DNA of 58,968 bases from Phycisphaeraceae bacterium (GCA_040905565.1 JBBDRF010000052.1:1-58968), one strand, 5' to 3'; shown: positions 29,901 to 38,996, counted from the stretch's first letter. Made by a program: numbers and translations. The notes: generated by a model not told the origin, from the letters alone.

Positions 29901-31124
29901 GGAAGCATGGGCGTGAAGGTTCGGGCGGGCGATCTGGCGTCGCTGAATCAGGCGGTGCTGGCGATTGAGGAGGTGCTGCGGGATGTGCCGGGCATCCGGG
30001 CGTCGACGGTGCAGGGTGAGCGGGTGGTCGGCAAGCCTTACCTTGAGGTCGAGACCGATCGCGATGCGGCGGCCCGCTACGGGCTGAACGTGGGTGATGT
30101 TAACAACGTGGTGGCCACGGGGATCGGCGGGCGGGCGGTGACGCGCACCGTGGAAGGACGGGCGCGGTACGACGTGCGCGTGCGGTATCCGCGCGAGCTT
30201 CGCAACGATGTCGAAGCGATGGAGCGCGTGCTGGTCGATACGCCGAGCGGTTCGCCGGTGCAGCTCGGAGACGTCGCGGAAATCGTCTACCGGCGTGGCC
30301 CGCAGATGATCAAGAGCGAAGACAGCTTCCCCGTGGCCTACGTCACCTTCGCCACGGACGGGGCGGCCAGTGCGATGGAGGTCGTGCCCCGCGCCGAAAA
30401 GATGCTGCGTGAGCAGGTGGCCGGCGGGCAGCTCGTCCTTCCCAGCGGCGTCAGCTTCCGCTTTGCGGGGACGTACGAAACGCAGGTGGCGATGATGCGG
30501 AAGCTGACGCTGATTGTGCCGATCGCGCTGGCGATTATCCTGCTGCTGCTTTATTTCCAGTTCCGGTCGATCGTGACCACGGGCATCGTGTTCAGCGGCA
30601 TCGCAGTGGCGTGGGCGGGCGGATTCATCACCATCTATCTCTACGGGCAGGAGTGGTTCGGCGACTTCGCGGTGCTCGGCGTGAACATGCGCGAGTTGTT
30701 CCAACTCGAAGCGATCGCTTTGACCGGGGCGGTGTGGGTCGGCTTCCTGGCGCTGTTCGGCATCGCCGTGGACGACGGTGTCGTTATGTCGACTTACCTG
30801 AAGCAGACGTTCGATCGGCGTAAGCCTGCCACGATCGAAGCGGTCCGCGAGGCGACGGTGGCGGCAGGCAGCCGTCGTGTGCGCCCCTGCCTGATGACCT
30901 CGGCCACGACAATCCTCGCGCTGCTGCCGGTGCTGACCGCGACCGGCCGGGGCGCCGACGTGATGATCCCGATGGCCATCCCCAGCGTCGGCGGCATGAG
31001 CTTCGTGCTCATCACCATGTTCACCGTGCCGGTCCTCTACTGCCTCGCGGCAGAGATTCGCCTCGCCCTCGGTGGTTTGGGGGCGGACGGGGCGGACAGT
31101 GCTGGGGACAGCCCGGCTCTTTGA
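26964..31124 (+). CDS. cusA: CusA-family heavy-metal RND permease
   Basis: VDAIP, VTYPL, GPDATG, IAIGTIVDM and RVRPCLMT motifs. Met triad in LWMPT, PVSMIET and QVMLQTG. Confidence 0.93.
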   Translation: MAEDHNSLLDRLIRFCLEQKLVVVVTVLLLIGWGVAVAPFDWEMGGLRAEVDSVAVDAIPNLGENQQIVFTEWPGRSPQDIEDQVTYPLTVTLMGVPGVKEVRSRSMFGFSSIFVIFHDDVEFYWSRARLIEKLNALPSGLLPGEVQPALGPDATGMGQIFWYTLEGRSPDGEPTGGWDLHELRSVQDWFVRYGLTGAEGVSEVASIGGHVREYHVDVDPDAMRSHGVTMGQIAQAVGNSNVEVGARTTEINQVEYVIRGLGYVRGLDDIEKAVVRAAEGGVPIQVDDVANVTLGPAERRGALTMAGAEAVGGVVVVREGYNPLSAIQNVKAKIAEIEGGLPAKVLIDWTQTTREEVENFAALWGIEDFQGEAGVAWLRSNDRALWPEWASISQLEIVPFYDRTELIYETLGTLNDALVQQILVTMIVVIVLVVHLRASLVISGMLPMAVLICFIGMKLAGVEANVVALAGIAIAIGTIVDMGLIVSENVLRHLAEADDDEDRLEVVYRATREVGGAVLTAVGTTVVSFLPVFALTGAAGKMFTPLAFTKTFVLIAAAGLAITVVPAAAHVLIAGRVSNRAARQAVWVVLALAGLILAAVGAARGWAMVWPAGLGLMAIAGYHIAAGSLGERPGHAALKVGGWLANIVAAALVVWVLAWVWEPLGPERGLLQNAVFVILLIGSVLGSFALVMWWYGPILRWCLRHKLLFLSVPMIMVLAGLAVWLGFETMMLWGVPLAAVLVVLGFAYASWMLLLWSRDRLGVRFSLWAWRSVTAGWAMVVVLLLGAVVWSTAYLHENVDELRLGERWVAAAHAMPGLSYGDRVPFDEGSFLWMPTTSVHASIGEALDILKFQDQAIASIPEIEQVVGKIGRVDSAIDPAPVSMIETIVDYKSEYATDAAGRRVNFKVDSATGDFVRDEDGELIADPNGKPYRQWRDHIQSPTDIWEAMETAAAITGTTGASLLQPIETRQVMLQTGMRGSMGVKVRAGDLASLNQAVLAIEEVLRDVPGIRASTVQGERVVGKPYLEVETDRDAAARYGLNVGDVNNVVATGIGGRAVTRTVEGRARYDVRVRYPRELRNDVEAMERVLVDTPSGSPVQLGDVAEIVYRRGPQMIKSEDSFPVAYVTFATDGAASAMEVVPRAEKMLREQVAGGQLVLPSGVSFRFAGTYETQVAMMRKLTLIVPIALAIILLLLYFQFRSIVTTGIVFSGIAVAWAGGFITIYLYGQEWFGDFAVLGVNMRELFQLEAIALTGAVWVGFLALFGIAVDDGVVMSTYLKQTFDRRKPATIEAVREATVAAGSRRVRPCLMTSATTILALLPVLTATGRGADVMIPMAIPSVGGMSFVLITMFTVPVLYCLAAEIRLALGGLGADGADSAGDSPAL

Positions 31125-31362
31125 CGGGTGCGCCAGCGCCCGGCTTATGTGAATTTTTATACTTGTGCGCGACGGGGTTATCGGCGATCCTTATAAGGTC
31201 TGCCAAACGCTGCTTAAGCGTGGGGACAATCCGTCCGATCAACGGTATGACGGCGTTAGTCGGGCCGCGGGTGCTCGTGTCCACGCGTTCCCCCATTGCG
31301 GGGAAGGCGCTTCGCCAATGTTCTGAGCCGTTGCGACTTGCGGGAGTCAGGAGACAATCCCG

Positions 31363-32265
31363 ATGGGTTCTTCTTCTGAGGTTCAATCAAGCCTTCAGAT
31401 CTATCTAAGGCAGATCAACGAAGTGCCGTTGCTGACGGCGCAGGAAGAGAAGGATCTGGCCAGGCAGATTCTCGAGCACGGCTGTGCCGCTTCCCGCGAC
31501 CGCATGATTCGTGCGAACCTGCGCCTCGTGGTCGCCATCGCCAAGCGGTTCGGCAACCGCGGCATGGCACTGGCCGACCTCATCGAAGAGGGCAACATCG
31601 GGCTGCTGCGTGCGGTGGAAACGTTCGATCCGGAGCAAGGGGCCCGCTTCAGCACCTACGGTTCCTGGTGGATCAAGCAGGCGATCAAACGTTCGCTGAT
31701 CAATGCCGTTCAGCCGATTCACGTCCCGGCGTACATGGTCGAACTCATCGCGAAGTGGAAGAAAGTTTCCCGCGAGATGGAAGAGCATTACGGCCGGCAG
31801 CCTTCGCTTCAGGAACTGGCGGATGCGATGGAGTTGCCCGCCAAGAAAGTCCGCATCATCCGCAAGGCCGTCCGCGCCTCGCAGCGCCCTTCCCAGGGGC
31901 CTGTCTCTCGCGACGGTCAATCGATGTCGCTTGGCGAAATGCTGGAAGATGATCGGACGCCCGCGCCGGATGAATCGATGGAGACGATGGAGGAGATCGC
32001 AGCCATCCGTGAACTGCTCGATGCGATCGATCAGCGCGACGCGACCATTCTCAGGCTCCGCTACGGGCTCGACGGCGACGAACCGATGACGCTCAAGGAG
32101 ATCGGCAAAGTTGTCGGCCTCACGCGTGAGCGGGTGCGGCAGCTTGAGATCGCTGCGTTGCAGAAGCTTCATCAACGGATGCGGAACCGCCGCGATGCCG
32201 CCGCCCGAAGAGGCAAACGCTACAGCGAAAACGGCAGCCGGCAGCGCGCGACCGGGGTGGCCTGA
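31363..32265 (+). CDS. RNA polymerase sigma-70 factor (RpoD/RpoS-like, no region 1.1)
   Basis: YLRQI, NLRLVV, DLIEEGNIGL, RFSTYGSWWIKQAI and TRERVRQLE motifs. Confidence 0.93.
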   Translation: MGSSSEVQSSLQIYLRQINEVPLLTAQEEKDLARQILEHGCAASRDRMIRANLRLVVAIAKRFGNRGMALADLIEEGNIGLLRAVETFDPEQGARFSTYGSWWIKQAIKRSLINAVQPIHVPAYMVELIAKWKKVSREMEEHYGRQPSLQELADAMELPAKKVRIIRKAVRASQRPSQGPVSRDGQSMSLGEMLEDDRTPAPDESMETMEEIAAIRELLDAIDQRDATILRLRYGLDGDEPMTLKEIGKVVGLTRERVRQLEIAALQKLHQRMRNRRDAAARRGKRYSENGSRQRATGVA

Positions 32266-32319
32266 GCTTTCGAGCTGTTGCGATTTGCCTCCGGCCGTCA
32301 TGGGCTATAATCGCCCGCT

Positions 32320-33537
32320 ATGAAGTACGTGATCATCATCGCCGACGGAGCGGCCGACTTTCCGCTTGAATCGCTTGAAAACCGCACGCCGTTCGAAGCG
32401 GCGGCCAAGCCCCACACCGACACCATCAGCACGACGGGCCGACAGGGCACCGTTGCCACCACGCCTGAGGGCTACAGCGCCGGGTCGGACATCTGCTGCA
32501 TGTCGCTGCTGGGTTACGAACCGAGCCGTTACCATCCCGGGCGTGCACCGCTTGAAGCGGCGGCGATGGGCATCGCACTCAAGCCCGGCGAGTGGGCGTT
32601 CCGTTGCAACTTCGTGACCGTCATCGACGACCTGATGGCCGACCATTCAGCTGGTCACATCTCCACGCCCGAAGCGAAACGGCTGCTGGATGATTTCACG
32701 CATGCTCTGCAGGAGCAGGGGCTCGCCGACGGGCTCACGTTCTACAGCGGCGTGAGCTATCGCAACATCATGGTCGACCGGTCCGGCCGATCGTATGACG
32801 AGCTTCGAACCGTGGCACCGCACGACATCCCAGGCGAGCCGATCCGCAAGCACCTGCCACGCGGCGGCGCCCACGCAGAACGGCTGCAGAAGCTGATCAC
32901 CGAGAGCGCCAAGCTGTTTGCCAACCATGAGGTGAATGCGACGCGGACGGAGATGAACGAAGCCCCCGCCACGCACGTTTGGCCGTGGGGGCAGGGCACG
33001 CCGCGTGAGATCGATTCGTTCCACAGCCGTTTCGGGCTGTGGGGTGCGATGATCACCGCGGTGGATCTGCTGGCGGGCATCAGTGCGTTGATCGGCTGGG
33101 AGCGGCTGGAGGTGCCGAACATCACCGGCTACCACGACACGAACTATGCCGGCAAGGGCGAGCGGGCCTGTGAGGCCCTTGATGAGTACGACCTGGTGTG
33201 CGTGCATGTTGAGGCGCCGGACGAAGCTTCGCATCAGGCCGACGCAGCGACCAAAGTCGCGTCGATTGAATCGATCGATGAGCACATCGTCGGGCCCCTG
33301 CTGCGGAAGCTGAAGACGTTCGACGATTGGCGTGTGCTCTACCTGCCGGACCATTACACGCGCGTGGAGACCCGCAAGCACGATGCCACGCCCGTCCCCT
33401 TCTGCATGGCTGGCACGAACGTGAACGCGGTACTCAAACGCCCGTTCACCGAGGCGAACTCTGAGCACTCGGACCTGCACATCCAGTACGGCCACGAGTT
33501 GATGGAATTCTTCCTGCGGAGTGGGTTGAGGACGTAA
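32320..33537 (+). CDS. apgM: Cofactor-independent phosphoglycerate mutase (ApgM family)
   Basis: ADGAAD, AGSD, GRAPLEA, HVEAPDEASH, PDHYT and HDATPVP motifs. Confidence 0.92.
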   Translation: MKYVIIIADGAADFPLESLENRTPFEAAAKPHTDTISTTGRQGTVATTPEGYSAGSDICCMSLLGYEPSRYHPGRAPLEAAAMGIALKPGEWAFRCNFVTVIDDLMADHSAGHISTPEAKRLLDDFTHALQEQGLADGLTFYSGVSYRNIMVDRSGRSYDELRTVAPHDIPGEPIRKHLPRGGAHAERLQKLITESAKLFANHEVNATRTEMNEAPATHVWPWGQGTPREIDSFHSRFGLWGAMITAVDLLAGISALIGWERLEVPNITGYHDTNYAGKGERACEALDEYDLVCVHVEAPDEASHQADAATKVASIESIDEHIVGPLLRKLKTFDDWRVLYLPDHYTRVETRKHDATPVPFCMAGTNVNAVLKRPFTEANSEHSDLHIQYGHELMEFFLRSGLRT

Positions 33538-33545
33538 AGAAATGG

Positions 33546-33618
33546 GTGCCACTGGTGGCTTGCCCACCAGTGCCTTCAATATGCGCCTGAGCACTGGTGG
33601 ACAAGCCACCAGTGGCAC
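33546..33618. repeat. REPIN-like element, copy 2
   Basis: Same 27-nt arms as 17166-17238 with a different 19-nt spacer. Lies between convergent genes. Confidence 0.9.
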
Positions 33619-33654
33619 ACGATCGTCGTTGATGTACGGTCGAACCCGTTTCGT

Positions 33655-34020
33655 TCACTCCGCGGGCGGCGGGCTGCTCTCATTGGGGACGAAGTAGAGG
33701 GCAAGCTTCGCATCCTTGATCGGGGCGCCCATCATCTGCTGATACTCTTCAGGCTCGGTGGCGCCACCGGAGATCGAAAACGCTTCCCCCTTCTCGAGGG
33801 ACTCGGTCATGATGATCTTGGGGAGGTTGTTGTCGACGAAGTAGGCGGTGCCGTCGACCGGTGCGGTGTACTTGATCCTCAACCCGCCGCCGACATAGTA
33901 GCGTTCGTGCGGGATGCCGTCGGCATCGAACGCGGCAGGCTCGCCCATCGCTTGGCAGCCGGTGAGCAGAAGGGCGGTGCACAGGACCATCGCGAAAGCG
34001 GCGGGGAAACGCATCATCAT
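33655..34020 (-). CDS. Hypothetical lipoprotein
   Basis: Signal peptide with lipobox LTGC. Globular beta-rich remainder. Confidence 0.7.
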   Translation of the reverse strand: MMMRFPAAFAMVLCTALLLTGCQAMGEPAAFDADGIPHERYYVGGGLRIKYTAPVDGTAYFVDNNLPKIIMTESLEKGEAFSISGGATEPEEYQQMMGAPIKDAKLALYFVPNESSPPPAE

Positions 34021-34397
34021 GAGGCTCCAGCAAGTAACTTGTAAGCAGTGGGATATAACACCGACTTGCTTGTAGCTGCGCTTTGCGCGATTTGCAATAG
34101 GCGAGGGACCGCGGCCGGTCGGGGTGGTCGCAGATTGAGTAACGCCGCCCCAGTTCGGTTAGCCGACAAACCCGGCCGTCTCGCGGTCGCTCGCTGGCCG
34201 GGGCACCCCTCGCGCGAGCGTTGAAGGCGGCGCATCCGGCCGAACCTCCCCTAATCGGCAAAGCTTCACCAGTTTCACCAGTGTTCGGTAAAATAGTTGG
34301 TTATGGGACGCTGGTGGGCGAAAATCGGTGTTATCCGGGAGTGAAGCGGTGGTATGCTTGTCGCGGCGGATTGAGAGTCCGCCGGAGCGAGGAGCAT

Positions 34398-34895
34398 ATG
34401 AGCCAGCCGATTTCTTCATCTTCTGAGCGGACCCAGCTAAGGCTGGTCGGGCGCGGGCCGCGGGGGTCGGTCACGCTTCGGCTTGCGGGGGGGGCTGCTG
34501 GGGGTGAAGTGCGACGGCCGCGTGGGGCGGAGCCGCCTGTGTCGCATCGGCGTCGCCCTGATAAGCCTGCGGAACTGAACTCGACCGATCCACGGTGGGT
34601 GCTGGCGGTGCGGACCCAGCAGGTGCTTCAGGGGGCGATGCTGAGGCCTGCCGAGCGGCAGAACCTGCTGCGGGTGGGGCGACTGATGGGGTTGAATCCT
34701 TTTGATGCAAACCTCGTTATAGCCATCGTTCAGGATCAGGCGAGGCGGGGCGGGACGCTTGGGGCGGCGGCAGAATCGCTCGGCCGGGTCCCTTTACGCG
34801 AGAAGCCTGTCACTTCCCCCGTCAGCTGGCGCGTGCTGAGATGGTGCACCGCCATCCTCAGTGCGGAATTATTGATAGTCTGGGCGATTATCTAA
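34398..34895 (+). CDS. Hypothetical protein with C-terminal TM anchor
   Basis: GAGGAG RBS before the ATG at 34398. Ordered helical core DPRWVLA...NPFDANLVIAIVQD and a hydrophobic tail. Confidence 0.65.
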   Translation: MSQPISSSSERTQLRLVGRGPRGSVTLRLAGGAAGGEVRRPRGAEPPVSHRRRPDKPAELNSTDPRWVLAVRTQQVLQGAMLRPAERQNLLRVGRLMGLNPFDANLVIAIVQDQARRGGTLGAAAESLGRVPLREKPVTSPVSWRVLRWCTAILSAELLIVWAII

Positions 34896-35039
34896 CCGCC
34901 TGAGTCTCACTTTATCCTCTTGGGTTGCTAGAATGGTGTGCCCCGTGTCTGGGGGGGTCCGCGGTGGGGTTCGTGCTTCATCGATTCGTGGTTCGCACGG
35001 GACAGCGGACATACCTTTAGCCTCTCGAGGAGATCTGCG

Positions 35040-35996
35040 TTGCGACCCAGCAGACGAGATATTCTCATAGCCACCCGTAAGAGTCGGCTTGCCATGGTGC
35101 AGGCCGAGGCGGTCGGCAAATACGTCAATCGTTTGAATCCGCGTGTCGGCATGCGACTGGTACCGATCGAATCGGAAGCCGACCGCACCGAAGGTCCCCT
35201 TGCGCCGCATGGCGGTAAGGGCCTGTTCACGCGAGCGATAGAACGGGCGCTGCTTTCCAAGCAGGCCGACATTGCCGTCCATTCACTCAAAGATCTACCA
35301 ACGGAAGGAACGCCTGGTCTGATCCTCGCGGCCACGCCGAAACGCGCCGCCGTCGAAGACGTGCTGATCGCCCGTGATGCCGACCGCATCGCCGATCTGC
35401 CACGCGGCGGCACGGTGGGGACATCCAGCCCCCGGCGAGCGGCCCAGGTGCTGCGACTACGTAGCGACCTGAAGATCGTGCACCTGCGCGGCAACGTCGA
35501 AACCCGCATCGCCAAGGTGATGGAGAACGGCGAGATCGACGCGACCATTCTCGCTGCGGCGGGGCTGAATCGGCTTGGGCTCTCGGAGCATCTCAAGAAG
35601 ATCATCCCAGTGGAGGACATGCTGCCCGCTGCGGCCCAAGGGGCGCTGGGCATTCAGTGCCGCGTGGACGATCACGTCACGCTGCGACGCTGCATGCCGT
35701 TGAACGATGCCATCACAAGCATCCGGGTGAACGCGGAACGGCAGGTCGTCGCGAAGCTGAAAGCTGACTGTTTCTCGCCGCTGGCCGTGCTGGCTGAGCC
35801 GATCGGGCTTGATGAGCTCCGGCTGCGGGCGCGCGTGCTTTCGTTGGACGGCAGCGAGATGGCGGAAGCGGATGTCACCGCAGCGGTCGATCGCATCGCC
35901 GCCCTCAGCAGCGAGGTTACGCAGATTCTGCTGGACCAGGGTGCCAGAAAGCTGCTGGATGACGCGGGAAAGGCCATGATGGCCGCTAAGGCGTAA
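35040..35996 (+). CDS. hemC: Hydroxymethylbilane synthase
   Basis: ATRKSRLA, GGKGLFT, AVHSLKDLP, GTSSPRR, LRGNVETR and cofactor Cys in ADCFSP. TTG start after GAGGAG. Confidence 0.95.
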   Translation: MRPSRRDILIATRKSRLAMVQAEAVGKYVNRLNPRVGMRLVPIESEADRTEGPLAPHGGKGLFTRAIERALLSKQADIAVHSLKDLPTEGTPGLILAATPKRAAVEDVLIARDADRIADLPRGGTVGTSSPRRAAQVLRLRSDLKIVHLRGNVETRIAKVMENGEIDATILAAAGLNRLGLSEHLKKIIPVEDMLPAAAQGALGIQCRVDDHVTLRRCMPLNDAITSIRVNAERQVVAKLKADCFSPLAVLAEPIGLDELRLRARVLSLDGSEMAEADVTAAVDRIAALSSEVTQILLDQGARKLLDDAGKAMMAAKA

Positions 35997-36166
35997 GGCT
36001 TTGGCTGCCTTGGCGAGCGGGAACGTAAGCGACCGTCCGTCAGCAGTGCGGCGGCAGTAGGAGATGGTTGAACGCCCAACGTTCCGAAGCCGGCGGCGCG
36101 CTGCCGTTGAGCATTGAGCGTTGGTACTCGAGCATCTCCGCGCGTCGCCCTGCTACCATGCCGACC

Positions 36167-36769
36167 ATGAACGACGACGGCGAACCGGCAACCTTTGTTT
36201 CACGAGGCGGGCTCAAGCTCGCAGCGGCGCTCGATGCGTTCGATTTGGACGTGGGCGGTTTTGTGTGTGCCGACCTCGGCTGCAACGTCGGCGGGTTTAC
36301 CGACTGTCTGCTCCAGCGCGGGGCGAGTCATGTTTATGCCGTCGACACTGGCTACGGCACCTTCGCCTGGAAGCTTCGGCAGGACGATCGCGTCACGGTC
36401 ATGGAACGCTCAAATGCGCTGCATGTCGCGGTGCCGACCGAGCGGGTCGATCTGGTGGTGATCGACCTCGGCTGGACGAAGCAGGCGCACGCGATCCCCG
36501 CAGCATTGCGATGGCACCCGACGCATATCGTCACGCTGATCAAGCCTCACTACGAGGCCGACGACGCCGGGGGCCGAAGGCAGGGGAAGAAAGGCGTGCT
36601 TGATGACGCCGAGGCCGAACGCGTGCTGCAGCGGACGCTTGAACAGTTGAGTCAGATGCCGGGCCTGGAGCTGCGTCACCACATCCAGTCACCGATCCGT
36701 GGCGGCAAAGGCAAGGGCAGAACGGGCAACGTAGAATATCTCGCCTGGCTCGAGGTGATCGACCACTAG
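36167..36769 (+). CDS. tlyA: TlyA-family RNA methyltransferase lacking the S4 domain
   Basis: FVSRGGLKL, DLGCNVGGFTDCLLQRGA, LIKPHYE, SPIRG and GNVEYL motifs. Confidence 0.85.
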   Translation: MNDDGEPATFVSRGGLKLAAALDAFDLDVGGFVCADLGCNVGGFTDCLLQRGASHVYAVDTGYGTFAWKLRQDDRVTVMERSNALHVAVPTERVDLVVIDLGWTKQAHAIPAALRWHPTHIVTLIKPHYEADDAGGRRQGKKGVLDDAEAERVLQRTLEQLSQMPGLELRHHIQSPIRGGKGKGRTGNVEYLAWLEVIDH

Positions 36770-36777
36770 CCGCGACG

Positions 36778-37194
36778 CTACCCGTCGCCGGTCCCCGCGA
36801 GTTTGCAGATGCGGTCGAACTGTTTTTTTGCGACGGGCATGACCGACAGGCGCGGCTGCCGCACCAGGGCGAGGTCCTGCATGGCAGGCTCAGCTTTGAT
36901 CTGCTGCAGCGTGACCGGCTGAGGCAACGGCTTGAGCGTCTTCACCGAAACCTGCCCGAACTTGCCTGACGCGTCGGTCGGATCGGGGTGATATTCCTTG
37001 GCGATTTCGACGATGCCGACGACCGCCCGCTGCTTGCCCGAGTGATAGAACAGGGCCTGGTCGCCTTGCTTCATCTTCTTCATGTTGTTCGAAGCCTGGG
37101 CATTGCGGACGCCGTCCCAGCCGGTGCTGCCAGCCTGAACCTGATCATCCCAGCTCCACGTGTTCGGTTCCGATTTTACGAGCCAATAGTTCAT
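36778..37194 (-). CDS. EVE domain protein
   Basis: YWLVKSEP, WDGVRNAQA, FYHS, YHPDPT and RLSVMPV motifs. Confidence 0.92.
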   Translation of the reverse strand: MNYWLVKSEPNTWSWDDQVQAGSTGWDGVRNAQASNNMKKMKQGDQALFYHSGKQRAVVGIVEIAKEYHPDPTDASGKFGQVSVKTLKPLPQPVTLQQIKAEPAMQDLALVRQPRLSVMPVAKKQFDRICKLAGTGDG

Positions 37195-37227
37195 CGTGAT
37201 GATCCGGAAACAGCGGTGAGGATCAGT

Positions 37228-38910
37228 TCAAGCCTCGGCCAGCTGCAGGCAGCGGTCGATGCGGTTGAGCGTCGAGTCGCGACCGACGATGGCGAGCGTA
37301 TCGAAGATGGGCGGGCTGATGGTGGAGCCGCTGACCGCGACACGCAACGGCTGGGCGACCTTGCCAAGCCCCAGCTCAACCTCCTCAGCATGGCCCTTCA
37401 CGACCTTCTCAATCTCACCGGGCGACCAGTCAGCAATTGCTTCGAGTTTCGGGCGGAGCTGACGCAGCACGTCGAAACCTTGTCCCTCATTCTTCCGCAG
37501 AATCTTGGTGACAGCTTTGTCGTCGTACGCGATCTCCTCGTCAGGCAGCACGAAGAATCGCCCGTTCTCGCAGGGCTCAGCCAGCGTTCGGCTGCGTTCG
37601 TGATAGGCCGCGGCGATCTTCGCGAAGTCGGCCTCCGGCAGCTTCTCGATGTACTCCGGCTCGAACTCGCTGCAGTACTGACGCCAGCGCCTGACGAACT
37701 CATCCACGGGCATCGCCGCCACGGCGTCGGCATTGAAGCGGAAGAGCTTGTCGCGATCGAACCGGGCGTTCGTCTTGCCGATGCGTGAGAGATCGAACCG
37801 CTCGACGAGGAACTTCATGTCGAACTTCTCAACGTTCTCACCGGGCGACCAGCCCAGCAGCGAAAGATAATTGCAGAGCACCTCGGGCAGGTATCCCGAG
37901 GCCCGGAAATCATGCACGTCGATCTCCGGCAGCGTCACGCCGATCGCGCCGCCGACGAGCTCCGCCACCGCCACGTCGTCGTTCTCTTTGTCCAGCCATG
38001 CGGCCAGCAGCGTGCGGTCGGTGATGTTGGTCAAATCCGCAAGCGTGTCGATATCGTGATCCTCCATCCATTTCACAGCAGCGGCCCGGGCGGCTTTGGA
38101 TTTGTCCCGCTTGCTCATCTTCGAGCCGTCGGCATTGAAGATTAGCGGGATGTGCGCGTAGACCGGATGGGCAAAACCCAGTGCGTCCTGAAGCGCCCAG
38201 TGCTTCACCGTATTGTTCAGATGCTCCTGGCCCCGCAGCACGTGCGTGACCTGCATGAGCGCATCGTCGACCACGACGGCGAGGTGATACGTCGGGTAGC
38301 CATCGGATTTGCGGATGACAAAATCTTCCATCTCCGAAGCGGCTGTGGTGACCGGGCCGAGCACGTGGTCCTGCACGGTGACGTCATGATCGGGCACGCG
38401 GAAACGGACGACATGCTTACGGCCTTCTTCGTCGTACTGGCTGATCTGGTCGGAGGTGAGGTTCGTGGAGATGCTGCGATCGTAGCGGTAGGCGCGGCCG
38501 GCGGCCCGGGCGGCGGCACGCTCCTCGGCCAGCTCGTCGCCTGAGCGGTAGCAGCGGTAGGCGAGGCCGGCTTCGATGAGTTTGTCGATGTGCTGGTTGT
38601 AGAGGTCCAAACGTTGGCTCTGGCAGTAGGGACCGTGCTCGCCGATCTGGCGGTTGTAGGGATCGCCTGCGTCGGGGTCGGGGCCCTGGTCCCATTGGAT
38701 GCCGAGCCATTGGAGGTCACGCTGGATGCGTTGGGCAGCTTCTTCGGTGGAGCGGACGCGGTCGGTGTCCTCGATGCGGAGGATGAACTGGCCGTCCTTA
38801 CCGTGATGGCGGGCGTAGGCCCAGGCGAACAGGGCCGTGCGGGCGCCGCCGATGTGCAGGTAGCCCGTCGGACTCGGCGCAAAGCGTGTAACAACCGGTG
38901 AAGCACTCAT
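37228..38910 (-). CDS. gltX: Glutamate--tRNA ligase
   Basis: RFAPSPTG, HIGG, RIEDTD, KSDGYPTYH, RGQEH, KMSKR and PLRVAVSG motifs. Confidence 0.96.
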   Translation of the reverse strand: MSASPVVTRFAPSPTGYLHIGGARTALFAWAYARHHGKDGQFILRIEDTDRVRSTEEAAQRIQRDLQWLGIQWDQGPDPDAGDPYNRQIGEHGPYCQSQRLDLYNQHIDKLIEAGLAYRCYRSGDELAEERAAARAAGRAYRYDRSISTNLTSDQISQYDEEGRKHVVRFRVPDHDVTVQDHVLGPVTTAASEMEDFVIRKSDGYPTYHLAVVVDDALMQVTHVLRGQEHLNNTVKHWALQDALGFAHPVYAHIPLIFNADGSKMSKRDKSKAARAAAVKWMEDHDIDTLADLTNITDRTLLAAWLDKENDDVAVAELVGGAIGVTLPEIDVHDFRASGYLPEVLCNYLSLLGWSPGENVEKFDMKFLVERFDLSRIGKTNARFDRDKLFRFNADAVAAMPVDEFVRRWRQYCSEFEPEYIEKLPEADFAKIAAAYHERSRTLAEPCENGRFFVLPDEEIAYDDKAVTKILRKNEGQGFDVLRQLRPKLEAIADWSPGEIEKVVKGHAEEVELGLGKVAQPLRVAVSGSTISPPIFDTLAIVGRDSTLNRIDRCLQLAEA

Positions 38911-38996
38911 AGCAATTTCCATCCACAGCAACAGGCGAAGGTCAAAGCGATTAACCTTATCGCATAGCAACACGCGAGCCAAGCGGGGGGGGTAAT

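Noticed and set aside
25132..30704. Long minus-strand ORFs (607, 374, 480 aa)
   Set aside because: Antisense to cusB/cusA with His/Arg-rich shadow composition typical of high-GC DNA.
17166..33618. Repeat-spacer-repeat units as a CRISPR array
   Set aside because: Arms are inverted, each site is a single doublet, and no cas genes are present. REPIN-like instead.
36167..37194. tlyA + EVE as an RNA/DNA modification or defence module
   Set aside because: The genes are convergent, EVE is co-oriented with gltX, and no nuclease partner is present.
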